A stretch of DNA of 64,000 nucleotides from Phoronis australis (taxonomy: Eukaryota; Animalia; Phoronida), in NCBI GenBank assembly GCA_002633005.1, contig NMRA01000249.1, positions 62,001 through 126,000 of the forward strand, read 5' to 3'. Shown piece by piece: positions 21,224-32,700 of this stretch. The number at the start of each line of letters is the position of its first letter. The stretch's first letter is position 1. The notes beneath the pieces are model-generated. The model did not search any database. It saw only the letters and a program-made list of their open reading frames with translations, and had not been told where the DNA came from. The position numbers were made by a program, and so were the translations under genes.

Positions 21224-23391
21224 TCATAAATTTTACTATTCCGACACAGCTGGACTCATGGGAAATGATAACTGACAGTTTCTCGTGAAAATGGCTTCCG
21301 TGGTGATGTTTGTTCTTCGCAGCAGGTGACACTGGGTAACATTTTGCCTTCATGAAGACTACAGACTCTTTTGTGGTCACACGTGACGCCCTTGCCTCCT
21401 CCTCCTCTAGAGGTCACTGGTATCCAGTTACATCTGATCGGTCGCCCGTGACGTTACTACTTGTACCCCATTACGCTACCTATCGGTGTTTCTTGACAAC
21501 TGTTGGAGCATGAGTCGGGGAAATGTTTGAGTGAGGATCCAGAAGTTGTGCATTTTGTTCTTTGCATTTAGATATTCACCTGGATGAATGATAACACCCA
21601 TTATCTAACCCGCGGAACTGTGGTTTGTCTACGATTGCCGTTCTTGTTATTATTTATAATTGCAGGCGGTGTGATGTCTTGCGGTGCATCTGAGACGTGC
21701 GCAGACCTCATTGTTGGGCCCTTTGCACGAAACACGTAGTGTAGGACCATATACTAATTATTTATGAGTTATTGGTGTTGAACGCCGTTAAAAAGCTGCT
21801 TAACATTGTCAGTATTGTGAACAGCCTGTAGAGTTTTTGTGATGGTAAAGGTTGTCTTTTTGTAATGGTTGTCCCTGGTTTTGGGTGTTTTCCTTGTGCA
21901 CGCAGCCAAGCGAGAAGTTCGCACACCAAACAAGCTAACTGTGCTCGATATGGCAACCTGCAGCTCGCCAACGCGACTTCAGATTGTGTTTGGCCACCTG
22001 AGAAAATCCCAAGACGCCACGAAGTCGCCACAACGAGTGTCCAAAGTCGGACAATAATTCACCCGAAATTCGTTTCAAAATTTGTGGTTACTTCTAAACT
22101 TTAACATGATAACATTTTTTCCTTGATTCAGTACTTATGATTAACAAGTTGCGCATATTTAGCGCTCTTACGATAGGTCGACAAACAAATAAAACTCACG
22201 TTGTGCACTTACATGAGATTCTATGTTCACGTTGTTGCCGTCCATGTGACAACTAGTTCCAGTGATATACGTTGCTCCGCGGTATCAGTTTTAGGTTCCT
22301 TTGTGTAGGTGCTGTGGAGGTACCGGGCGAAGATCACCCCCTCCCACCCCAGGGAGGAGTACGTGAAAAAACAAGTGTGTGGTCGCCATTTTATGTTGAG
22401 TACATGAAAACGACGTTTCGTCGCCATCGTGTTTTTTATTGCAACTAAGTCGTGAATGTCATTAACTTTAGACACAGATGGACAGAAAAAAGTCGACAAG
22501 AGCGAGGTCGTGTCACATTACGGAAGAAAATAAAATATTCGGTGGCATTGTTTGGTGGAGCAGAAACGGACAAGAATAGTTTTACATATTTATTAACACA
22601 CACACACATGAATCGAAACTCGCAGTACCCTTTTTGAAGAAGAAACTTTGAAACAGTCCTTTAGGCAGTACACCAGATGCCCCCGAAGCCGCCACACCCT
22701 TTCGAAGGGCTGTAGTACCCCTTCGAACTATTACCTTAGAACGACCTCTCCCTAAACCTGATCCGAATGAAGAAAATCATGACGGTGGGCTCATTTCACC
22801 TTCGGAAATAGACGAATTTTAAACCGACGTTTCTGACACAATGTTCTATCTACGAAAGCCTATATCATGTTCCTCTCTGTAGTTCTCTGATTTGTATTTT
22901 ATATCCTCTAAAATGATTTCGGCAGTCCGTCTTTTGTGACAGCAAAATAAACTGAAACTGTAAAACACCGTGTGCACGTAATTGCGTTAACATCCTCAAG
23001 CTTAAAAATGCACAGATATTCTCGCGAAAAAGTTACTGAAGCATGGCATCGAAGTTTCTGGTGGTCGTCTCCACGTGATCCATGATCTCTCCACAGAAAA
23101 GCGCATCATATGCGCCCTATGGCGAGAGGGTGCGAAATTGACGACGACTCAAAGAGAAAAGGTCGTTGAACGATGACGATTGTAACCTGTCAACTCAGAA
23201 AAGAAACAAATGAAAGACTGAACATTTATGATACAATAGGAACAACCACGGAAATGAAATCGAACTGTAGATTCACTGAGCTAGGTACATATAGAAACTG
23301 TAATAATGTATAGTTTGATTTCACTGTAGAGAAAGTGCATGAAACACTAAACGAATTCACAGTGGCACCTAACATCAATTAGGAAAGTTAT

Positions 23392-23595
23392 GGCCTGTCC
23401 ACGCTGACCGATTTGTCTGCAACGCAACCACTGTCAGGACGACGACTCGTGAGTGTGGACGCTCCAATGCGGTTCCAGAATCAGATCACGTTCAAGCGAC
23501 GAGTGTTCACAACAAATCGTTACTCTAAGTGTGGACAGGAGGGTTGCAAAGAGTTGTAGTTGCGTTGTCTATAAATCGCTAAGTTTGGACAGGCC
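23392..23595. mobile_element. Harbinger-like MITE
   Basis: TIR ggcctgtcca / tggacaggcc with further internal inverted similarity. Confidence 0.7.
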
Positions 23596-24905
23596 TTTGA
23601 AATACATGCTTCTTAACGAGCAATAACACTTACTGCTTAGGATTTCATTGGAACAACAACCGAATACGAGTGTGAAGGGAATACTGAAACATTAAGCATT
23701 AAACGGCCAGTAATCGTTCATTAAATCGAGTATAACAATGAGGCCATTTGGTAAGCTCCAGGTGTGTGCATTTACATCATGTTTCAACGAAATACAAATA
23801 TCGGAAGTAAACTGCTACAGAAAGGCTGTTTTAAACCCATGTCAGAATTTATTGCTTCATAGAAGTGTGGAATATTAAAAGTTCATGCATACGTTCTAAA
23901 AACAAACAGCTCTATCTCTAGTGAATGGTAGTGTACTCTTGTGACCATAAAGTCAAAGACAAAATTACAATCAAAACAGTACCTGTCGCAACTGAACTGC
24001 CCCTACTAACCAATGTTTTGCTATACAGTAGTATACACTCGTAGTGTCTGTACGCCGGTAAAATGCATTTCCATTTCTGCATGACTGACCCCTGACGATC
24101 GCCAGCTCGCGGTCTTTGACGAACGTGGTGTCCTCAATGGCAAAGTTGACGCGCTTTCTATTGCCCACATTCCTCGTCGATGCTTCCTTGGTCCGTTTTT
24201 CGCCAAAGATTGAGCCACTCTAACCACGTTCACGACAAACACACATAGTCACATACCCTCACCATAATTAAACTACAAAACACCCAAGCATTCACCTTTC
24301 AGCCGAGAGCAGGCCGTTCTGGAAATAATTCTCAATTCCATGACTGTGCCTCTAAATTCAAGCCACACGCAGGGAGGATGAAATGGGTTTCCGTGCGCGG
24401 AATATAGCTGTTTGGTAAGTTTTGAGTTAAAAGATGCTTTTATTGCTCAAATCTCTATAAATTGAGGGAAAACAGCGAAAATATTATAAAAGCAACAATC
24501 AGTTCAAACGTCATTTTTGATATGCTTAACGTTGCCACAGACATTATGCTTGATAAACGATATTTAAGACAGAACATGTGTTTTAATAATTTACGTTGGT
24601 TGACATAGCAGCGTAGCATGCAGCATGCAACGTTCGAAAAATACTCTGGTCTGGTACGCCGGGGCCAGTGGATTTGCGGCCGGTCTAGCAACCTTTAAAG
24701 GTTTACTTGGCTCCTGGGCCAGTGAATTTTCAAACTAACTGACCCGGTGAGTCAGCGTAATTATTTGCTGAAGTTTTAACACTGGTAGCATGTCATTCAG
24801 AGGAACCAGGGGTTACATGGCAGAAGTCCGAAGGTGCAGTGGCTCAGTTGGAGGCTCACATGCGGCTTAGAGGTTTGAGCTCCGGACTCCCGTTTGGGAG
24901 ACCAG

Positions 24906-25149
24906 GGGCCCGTTCCAACAAAACTGACTTAGCTAAGACAAACATTAAATATTAGTAAATTTTAAAATAAAAGTTAAATTTGTGTCAAAACTAATTCAAG
25001 AAAGAGGACTTAAATTTGACTTGAGTGTTTGACATAAGTTTTATCTTAATTTTGACTAACTTACCGAATGTGGAAGTTTCAAAATTTAGAAGTTAAGACA
25101 AATCTTAAACTTAAGTCAAAAAAGAACTTAAGTTTCTTGGAACAGGTCC
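24906..25149. mobile_element. PIF/Harbinger-like MITE (second copy) inside a tRNA-derived sequence
   Basis: Collinear with 19974-20208; TIR gggcccgttccaa / ttggaacaggtcc; flanks cag/ccg. Confidence 0.8.
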
Positions 25150-26567
25150 CCGGATTCGAATGCCGACTTTACTTCCCGAAACAATCAAGCATTGCACAAA
25201 TATGTCTCCTACTCCTCTGAGCTCCGTCTTACTAGTGAATGTGTACAAGAGAGTGACTGAGTACCTGGATATAATGTGAAAACGATTTCCGCGGTTGTGT
25301 TCATATTTTTCCGTACGTCACTGAATGGACGCGAAAAACCATCTCTTGAAATTTTCAAAAACATTACTGCGTTTTTGCACTGACGCGGCAGCGAAGACGA
25401 TACTCTCTGCTTGGAAACTTTCGCTACGAAAGAAAACAAAGCGAATTATGTCATCGCTCATTAAACTTGCAAAAATTTCAGTCATGAAGGGTGACGCACG
25501 GAAGTGAAATGTGCCGTTCGCCAAAAATTTCAAATTCAGGCACTTTCAGTGCAGCCATTCACTTGATTGTCGGAATGGTCTCCGGGCGCATCAGTAAGTT
25601 TAGTAGAATGCCGACGAAATTACATTTAATGTTTTATTGCTCAGTTCCGTCTTATTAGTAGACCTTCAAACTAGGGAATGCACCTTCGGACTAGTGAGCT
25701 GCTTATGGTACAAGGCAGGTGGTACTGTAAGTTAAAATATATACGGGCAAATTACAATCAATTAAGGTCCATATTTGGTGGCCACTTATGGTGAGATATG
25801 AAGGATGTCATATAACTGTAAAAGCTGGGTATTTTAAAGTACCACCATTCCTGTTTTGTAATCTAAAATATTTTTGCACAAGAACTACCGAATAAAATTT
25901 TATAGCCTGATGCATCACAGTTGTACACTACAACTTGTGGTCACAGCCCACTTCTACCATACAAAAAATCATAATGTAGCTATTAATTCAATAACGTCTT
26001 GACTAAACTGAAGAATTATCACCTACTAAAGTAAGAAAAATTTTAACCTTTCCGATAACGTTGTTCTAGATGGTGATGCATTATGTGTCTTAGCACAATA
26101 TAATGAGAGCTTCTTCTCTTGCTATATGATTCTTACGTAAAGAAACCGGCAAGCAAATGCTTTTTTCGAAAACTTTATTGGTACTATTCACCTGGTTTTT
26201 AATACATTCACCTATTGGTCAAAATAGTGAAAGCAAAGCTAGGTCCAGAGTTCAAGTTGTAAACAGTAAAAATGGTAGTGTGTGGCGGGAATACACTACG
26301 TAATTAGGCACAGTCAATCAACATCAAACTTTGACTAAGTTGCAGATGTATGGGATGAGCTTGAGTTTTGTGCTGCCACTACTTGTTGGTTTGCTGCAAG
26401 TTGTCTTGGGAGATAGAGAACCTGCCTCTGCAACAACAGTTGTCACATGACGTGGCTTCTAGGATGTTACTGGTCAAGTTCTGTGTGGCGTTCTATTGCC
26501 CACAAATATGATAATCTCCACGATAGCAAGTAACAGCATATGTTCACGAAAACAACAACGGATTTAA

Positions 26568-26615
26568 AACTTGACATGTTTCGGTGTCATTTATTAAACA
26601 CCATCCTCAGAAGTC
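26568..26615 (-). ncRNA. Minimal type I hammerhead ribozyme, inverted copy
   Basis: Exact reverse complement of 27872-27919. Confidence 0.78.
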
Positions 26616-26835
26616 ATAATACAGTGGCCACCTAGCTAGGCCCAGCAACAAGTAATGAAGCACAGATACAGTCAGTTACAGGGAGTGACAATGAACTATA
26701 CCAACAATGACAACCTGTGGTGTGTCAGTTGCCTATTGAGATTGGGCTTGCACCAACTGATATGTAAAGCCTCACGAATTTTAAGCTCCTTTGTTGTTAC
26801 TGCCTGGTCTATTATTGCAAAGTCATTGAAAGAGC

Positions 26836-27549
26836 NNNNNNNNNNNNNNNNNNNNNNNNNNNNNNNNNNNNNNNNNNNNNNNNNNNNNNNNNNNNNNNNN
26901 NNNNNNNNNNNNNNNNNNNNNNNNNNNNNNNNNNNNNNNNNNNNNNNNNNNNNNNNNNNNNNNNNNNNNNNNNNNNNNNNNNNNNNNNNNNNNNNNNNNN
27001 NNNNNNNNNNNNNNNNNNNNNNNNNNNNNNNNNNNNNNNNNNNNNNNNNNNNNNNNNNNNNNNNNNNNNNNNNNNNNNNNNNNNNNNNNNNNNNNNNNNN
27101 NNNNNNNNNNNNNNNNNNNNNNNNNNNNNNNNNNNNNNNNNNNNNNNNNNNNNNNNNNNNNNNNNNNNNNNNNNNNNNNNNNNNNNNNNNNNNNNNNNNN
27201 NNNNNNNNNNNNNNNNNNNNNNNNNNNNNNNNNNNNNNNNNNNNNNNNNNNNNNNNNNNNNNNNNNNNNNNNNNNNNNNNNNNNNNNNNNNNNNNNNNNN
27301 NNNNNNNNNNNNNNNNNNNNNNNNNNNNNNNNNNNNNNNNNNNNNNNNNNNNNNNNNNNNNNNNNNNNNNNNNNNNNNNNNNNNNNNNNNNNNNNNNNNN
27401 NNNNNNNNNNNNNNNNNNNNNNNNNNNNNNNNNNNNNNNNNNNNNNNNNNNNNNNNNNNNNNNNNNNNNNNNNNNNNNNNNNNNNNNNNNNNNNNNNNNN
27501 NNNNNNNNNNNNNNNNNNNNNNNNNNNNNNNNNNNNNNNNNNNNNNNNN
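26836..27549. other. Assembly gap (N run)
   Basis: Run of N characters. Confidence 0.99.
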
Positions 27550-27871
27550 CTGTTCGCCATTTGAAAACCAGGACCAAGGAACATCTAAATTCTGACAGTA
27601 ATTCACATGTAAATATTCACCTGCAGAGCTCCAATCATTGTTATCAGCAGTGCTCTTTCAATGACTTTGCAATAATAGACCAGGCAGTAACAACAAAGGA
27701 GCTTAAAATTCGTGAGGCTTTACATATCAGTTGGTGCAAGCCCAATCTCAATAGGCAACTGACACACCACAGGTTGTCATTGTTGGTATAGTTCATTGTC
27801 ACTCCCTGTAACTGACTGTATCTGTGCTTCATTACTTGTTGCTGGGCCTAGCTAGGTGGCCACTGTATTAT

Positions 27872-27919
27872 GACTTCTGAGGATGGTGTTTAATAAATGA
27901 CACCGAAACATGTCAAGTT
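27872..27919 (+). ncRNA. Minimal type I hammerhead ribozyme (Penelope-associated)
   Basis: gactt-CTGAGGA-t-ggtgt(ttaataaatg)acacc-GAA-acatgt-C-aagtt: stem I gactt/aagtt, stem II ggtgt/acacc, palindromic stem III acatgt, GUC cleavage triplet ending at 27914. Confidence 0.78.
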
Positions 27920-28065
27920 TTAAATCCGTTGTTGTTTTCGTGAAAATATGATAATGTCCATTGCTTTTTGTCAGACTGGATGCATTTTGGAAATATCAGT
28001 ATCGATAATGAAAGCAAAAGTAAAACTTCTTTTGAGCAATGTTTTATAGCACAGAGATTGAAGGT

Positions 28066-28655
28066 ACGTACACTATATTTCAGTGACATGTCAGGTTTAC
28101 AAAAAATATTTAGAATCTATTAAAAGTTAGTTCATTTACCAAATCTATTCAAAGAGAACAAATAAAAATTACAGCATACATGTGCATATCTGACTGTCAT
28201 TCTTTGAAAACAGGCGCATGTTAAGATATAGGGGTACGTACAATGCACAAATGTTAATATTTCACTCCAAACAAAATGTATTTGTAATATTTAATCTAAC
28301 ATTTTTAAGGATGGAAACTTCTGTGACAAATGTTGCATACTTACCGTGTAATGTTTTTGTTCCATGGTATTTGTTAACAACGTACACTACATTTCAATAA
28401 CATGTCAGGTTTGTGACTAAATACTAAGAATCTCCTGAGAGTTAGTTTATTTACTAAATTCATTCACTGAGAAAAAAAGTACAGCATTCATGTGCATATC
28501 TACAATTCTTTGAAAATAGGCTCAACTTAAAATATAGGGGTACGTATACCACACATTAGTATTTCACTCAAAACAAATGCATCTGTAAGGAAGGAAACTG
28601 TCGGTGACCAATGTTGCTCACTATCAAGCATTATTTTAATTTCATGGTATTTGTA
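28066..28655. repeat. Diverged tandem duplication, about 300-bp unit
   Basis: cgtacacta..tttca..acatgtcaggttt, catgtgcatatct and tataggggtacgta each recur about 300 bp apart. Confidence 0.75.
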
Positions 28656-29629
28656 ATCATGGGGATACGCACATTAAAAAAGGGAGTACCTAGTACGCTA
28701 AATCACTGTTTCTGCATCACATGTTGTATGGTCATTTATTTTTCTTTGATGATAATAAGCACCATGTCATTATAAGACAATAATTCTATTTGCAATCACC
28801 ATTTGTGTTACTGAATTTCACTTGGATGTTCGTACACTACATTTTGTTAGCCTTTTGGCCCTTTTTCAACATAGCAGAACCCAGTCAATATTCAAACTTT
28901 TGGTTTGTTTAGATGTTGAATAATTTGCTATTTTGCCAAGGCTAACATATTCTGCGGTTCTTTTTGTTACAGAAAGTGAACTTTTTAACATGCTTTACAG
29001 TAGATGAGGGTTAAAAACACAGAATTTTCAAATTTCATAACGAGTGCCTGTTTTATGATGAACCCTACCATTTCTCAATGATTAAGCACAACTTCATCTA
29101 AGTAATTCTGAAAGTGACTCGAGTTATTCCTAGTCATATCAAAGCAATTGCTATCTTAATTAAATAGATTTCTTTTCTACTATTAACAGTTGAACACCGA
29201 AGTTTTTAAAATGGCCACTCGTAACGCTAAAAATGCATGAAATTCATAGACAAAAACATGCATAAATTTCTCAAACATTGCCTGACTTTAATGATTCTTT
29301 TTTAATTTGCACAACTAAGTAACCCTTTGCATTTGAGATTCAGTTGTCATTTGGTAAATGAACAATTTTATTTTAGCCCGTAACGCAGTCGACTCTCGAA
29401 TATGGACCTTGATTGTGATTTACCAGACAGGTGAGGGTAACGTCCCGATTTTGGAGCGTGTATCTGTTAGCAAGATACATCAGAAGAGCAAGTTCACAAA
29501 ATAGACGCTACAAAACAGGTGTTCATGCACTTTCAAGTAAACATCGGACGTGGATAATTGAGAAGTCAGTGGACAACAAATACAAAGTCCCCCAATTTAG
29601 GTATACACTTCTACAAAGCTTACCTGCCT

Positions 29630-29706
29630 TCAGCTACGTTTTGAATACGGAGGCGTAGGGGCATGGGTTAAAGGGGCAGTATCGGCTTTTACAGCAGAAA
29701 TGCAGG
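29630..29706 (-). CDS. Probable last coding exon of the WSC gene
   Basis: tctcAG|(T)CISAVKADTAPLTHAPTPPYSKRS*; TGA at 29632-29630, then AGGCAG|GTaagc donor. Confidence 0.55.
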
Positions 29707-32700
29707 CTGAGATTATTGCGGGATGGGGTATCGGATAGACTTTTTGAGCTCATTATTTTTTACCAGAGCTTTAAGACAACACAATCCAATTCATGTGATT
29801 TCATTGCAAATCGCAAATTCTGGCCGTTATCTGCAAATCGATGAAACCAAGGCTGGATCATGGAGTGTTTCAGCATTTAAAGGAGATTGCCAGCCAAAAA
29901 GAACCTATTTTGTATCAATTTAGATCGAGTAGTTCTACTCGATAAGGTGACGTTCGGTTGCGTTACCTGACACATGACAGCAGACAGGGCCGTTGAAATT
30001 ATCCAATGACATCATTGGTTTCACGCGCAGTCTGTTCAGCAGTTAACAACACGGTTTATTGGTGTCAGCTTTTCGCTTGAATTCATCGTTTAACACCAAT
30101 AAAAATACATCGAACTCATTTAAAAACGTGTTGTTTTATTTCGCTGTTCGGGATTTATTGGTCTTTGGACACACCGTAGCCTACAAATTTCGGCAGGCCA
30201 ATTTACCAAGGTCCGTAGCAAGAGTTTGGGGTCTGTTCGGAGATAAATTCGAAGTATTCTTCCGTGAAATACAGACAGGAGAACCTAGATCTGTGTTGTT
30301 TACACTTGTATTTTTTTGAGTTCTAAACACACAACACGCTTGTGGCTCGGAACCCGATCAGGCCCGTCGCGGCCGCCGGGACTGGCACGAACATAAACCA
30401 GCTTGAATTGGAAGCTAAATCTCCAGTGACGAAAAGACGATAATAGTGTGCCAAAGAATTAATTTTGCCGTAATTATTTATGTGAATTAGCCACGAAACT
30501 GAAAAGCTACTGACTTGTCGGCGGCCGTGCAGTCGGGTTCCCCTTCCACAGACCGTCAGGGCAAAGGTTTTACAGTAACGATGATTTGATTAATCTATTT
30601 GTGTATTTCTAAATAAAGATTACCCTAACATGTGACCATAACATATAAAATCGAGTAATTGTTTCACAACAGCTTTCTGTCAGCAAACACTGAATTAGCA
30701 TGCGCTCACACGGTCTCGGTGCACGTCAATTACCTTTATTGCCGGCATCAAAACCCGGTAACGCAGTGCTTTATTCATTGCTGGCTTCTTACCATTTACA
30801 CCCACGAATACTGCAAAGGTATCACAAATTGTATCTAATGAGACAGACTTTGTTTCAGTTTTATATAAGCATTGGTTAGGATGAGAATAATTCATTTTGA
30901 AAAAGAACACAGACTAATGAACGCCTACATGGCAACTCGCCCGGCGCCAATCCCGACTTAGTCAAGAGCTCATCAGACGAAGACTTCACGGGTCGGATCG
31001 TTAAGTTTCACAGGCTATCAGTTCGAATCGGAATACACTGATCAAGAAATACTAGAGAGGCGCCGTGAACATGCACAGGCAGCGGAACGATTGGATTGTT
31101 CTTTGGTAAGCCGGAAATCGTCAGAGAAATCACTGTCGACGAAATGCCGGCCTCATACTTGCTGTACACAGCGTACCTTTCATTCTTCACTACCGCGAGC
31201 CACTTCCTAAGCATTTCGGGCTCTCGAGGAAGTCGAAAAAACGATATACCCGCTTTCTTCGCAGCTTCATATTTCGGGCAAGCAGGAACGATGCATTGCA
31301 ATATAGCGGCATTCACTCTGCAGACGAACCACTGACGTCGCTGTGTACTTTCTCACCTTCCTCACAGATTAACGCGACACCTCTCGGCAAGGTGAGGTCA
31401 ACCATATAAGAGGCAGTGTGGATATAGACCGATTAAGACGGTAAAAAGACTAATTAAATCGGGTGGCATTCTCCTTTAAATACGTTTAAAATATTCTGCT
31501 ATTCAACGGACGAGACTTTGGCTCAGCGGCCGAGCGTTTGTCTACTTACTTGTCGCTCTCATAATCCAGTTCGCTTGTGCTCCACCGCAGTACTCATCTG
31601 ATCCTGTACACTTTTTGAGACAGTCGGCCGAAGTACCATACTTGCCGAACGTGTCACCGCAGAAACAGTGACTTCCGTTCTGGACACCTGCATAACCATA
31701 ACCTCTGTCACTAGAATGCAACAGGGACAGGTTAACAACTCATAAGTAGGAGTTCCTGAAATTTGTTCCTCACTTTGGATCAGGTGCTACGCAGTGATGC
31801 TGTTACAGTGGCGGATCTAGGATATCACAAGGGGGGGCAACATTTTGTCCGGCTGTAAGCATTTGCGCAAACTGAACAACAATTGTAGATGCGCATAGCA
31901 CCGAATGGGGGGAGGTCGGGAGGGGGGGTTTGCCCCCCTCCCGCCCAGGGAATTTTCTGTTTTTACCTCTAAAAATCAAGCATTTTCCTTGATTCCTGAA
32001 GTATTATCCAAGAAAAAAAGGCAAAAAAAAACGGAGAACGTGTCAAACAGGTAAAACTGCAAATATAAAAAATTCGAACTCATGACCCGGCGATTAGAGC
32101 GCGCTTGCATAACCACTACACCACCACGGCTTAACTACTAACGTCATACTAAAAGACCTACTTGTTTATGGTCCACAGCGTTTGCGCGCGAAACCTACTT
32201 CTTTTTGTAATGCTTATTACACGTTTTATATTTTGTGCCATCAATTTTTAACAAATTTGTCGCATTTAAAATAGTCTTCAAATGCCCAAAAGACCAAATC
32301 CGTTTTTCGTGTTGGCAATAATGACGGGATTGCTTTGGAAATCGTCTTAAGATAAGGTTTGACAAAGAGAGTATTGCGAGTTTCTGAGTGATTTACTAAG
32401 GCTTCGATTAAAATTCACATCTTACCAGCAGCTTCTGTTTTTTCATCGTCACTCAGGTTCCATTTTCTTTAAAAAAATGAAGTAAATTTTCTTCATTGCA
32501 CAGTGGAGCAGACGACGGAAACGGAGTCGTAGTGCGCAGCGCCACTGCCGGTCGCCTGGGATAGTGCGGGAGATCCGATAGTTAGCCACAGTTCCGTTAC
32601 GAATGCGCCGTGTTCAGAATTTGACACTTGAAATTGGATTTGAGCCTCCCCCCAACACTAAAACTGCACATATTTAAATGTTTTTTCATCCGTATAATTT

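Larger units (their letters stand above)
26521..27943. mobile_element. Penelope-like retroelement insertion with inverted 3' copies spanning an assembly gap
   Basis: 27550-27791 encodes a GIY-YIG C-terminus (RHLKTRTKEH...LKIREALHISWCKPNLNRQ). About 26538-26835 is the reverse complement of about 27651-27950. A 17-bp direct repeat aaatatgataat(c/g)tcca sits at 26504-26520 and 27944-27960. Confidence 0.85.

Noticed and set aside
23027-23176. Short stop-free stretch KKLLKHGIEVSGGRLHVIHDLSTEKR...
   Set aside because: Vaguely like LINE ORF1 but too short and unsupported to call.
26655-27791. Long ORFs of 253-378 aa in the ORF track
   Set aside because: They read through the N gap; only the Penelope GIY-YIG tail is real coding-derived sequence.
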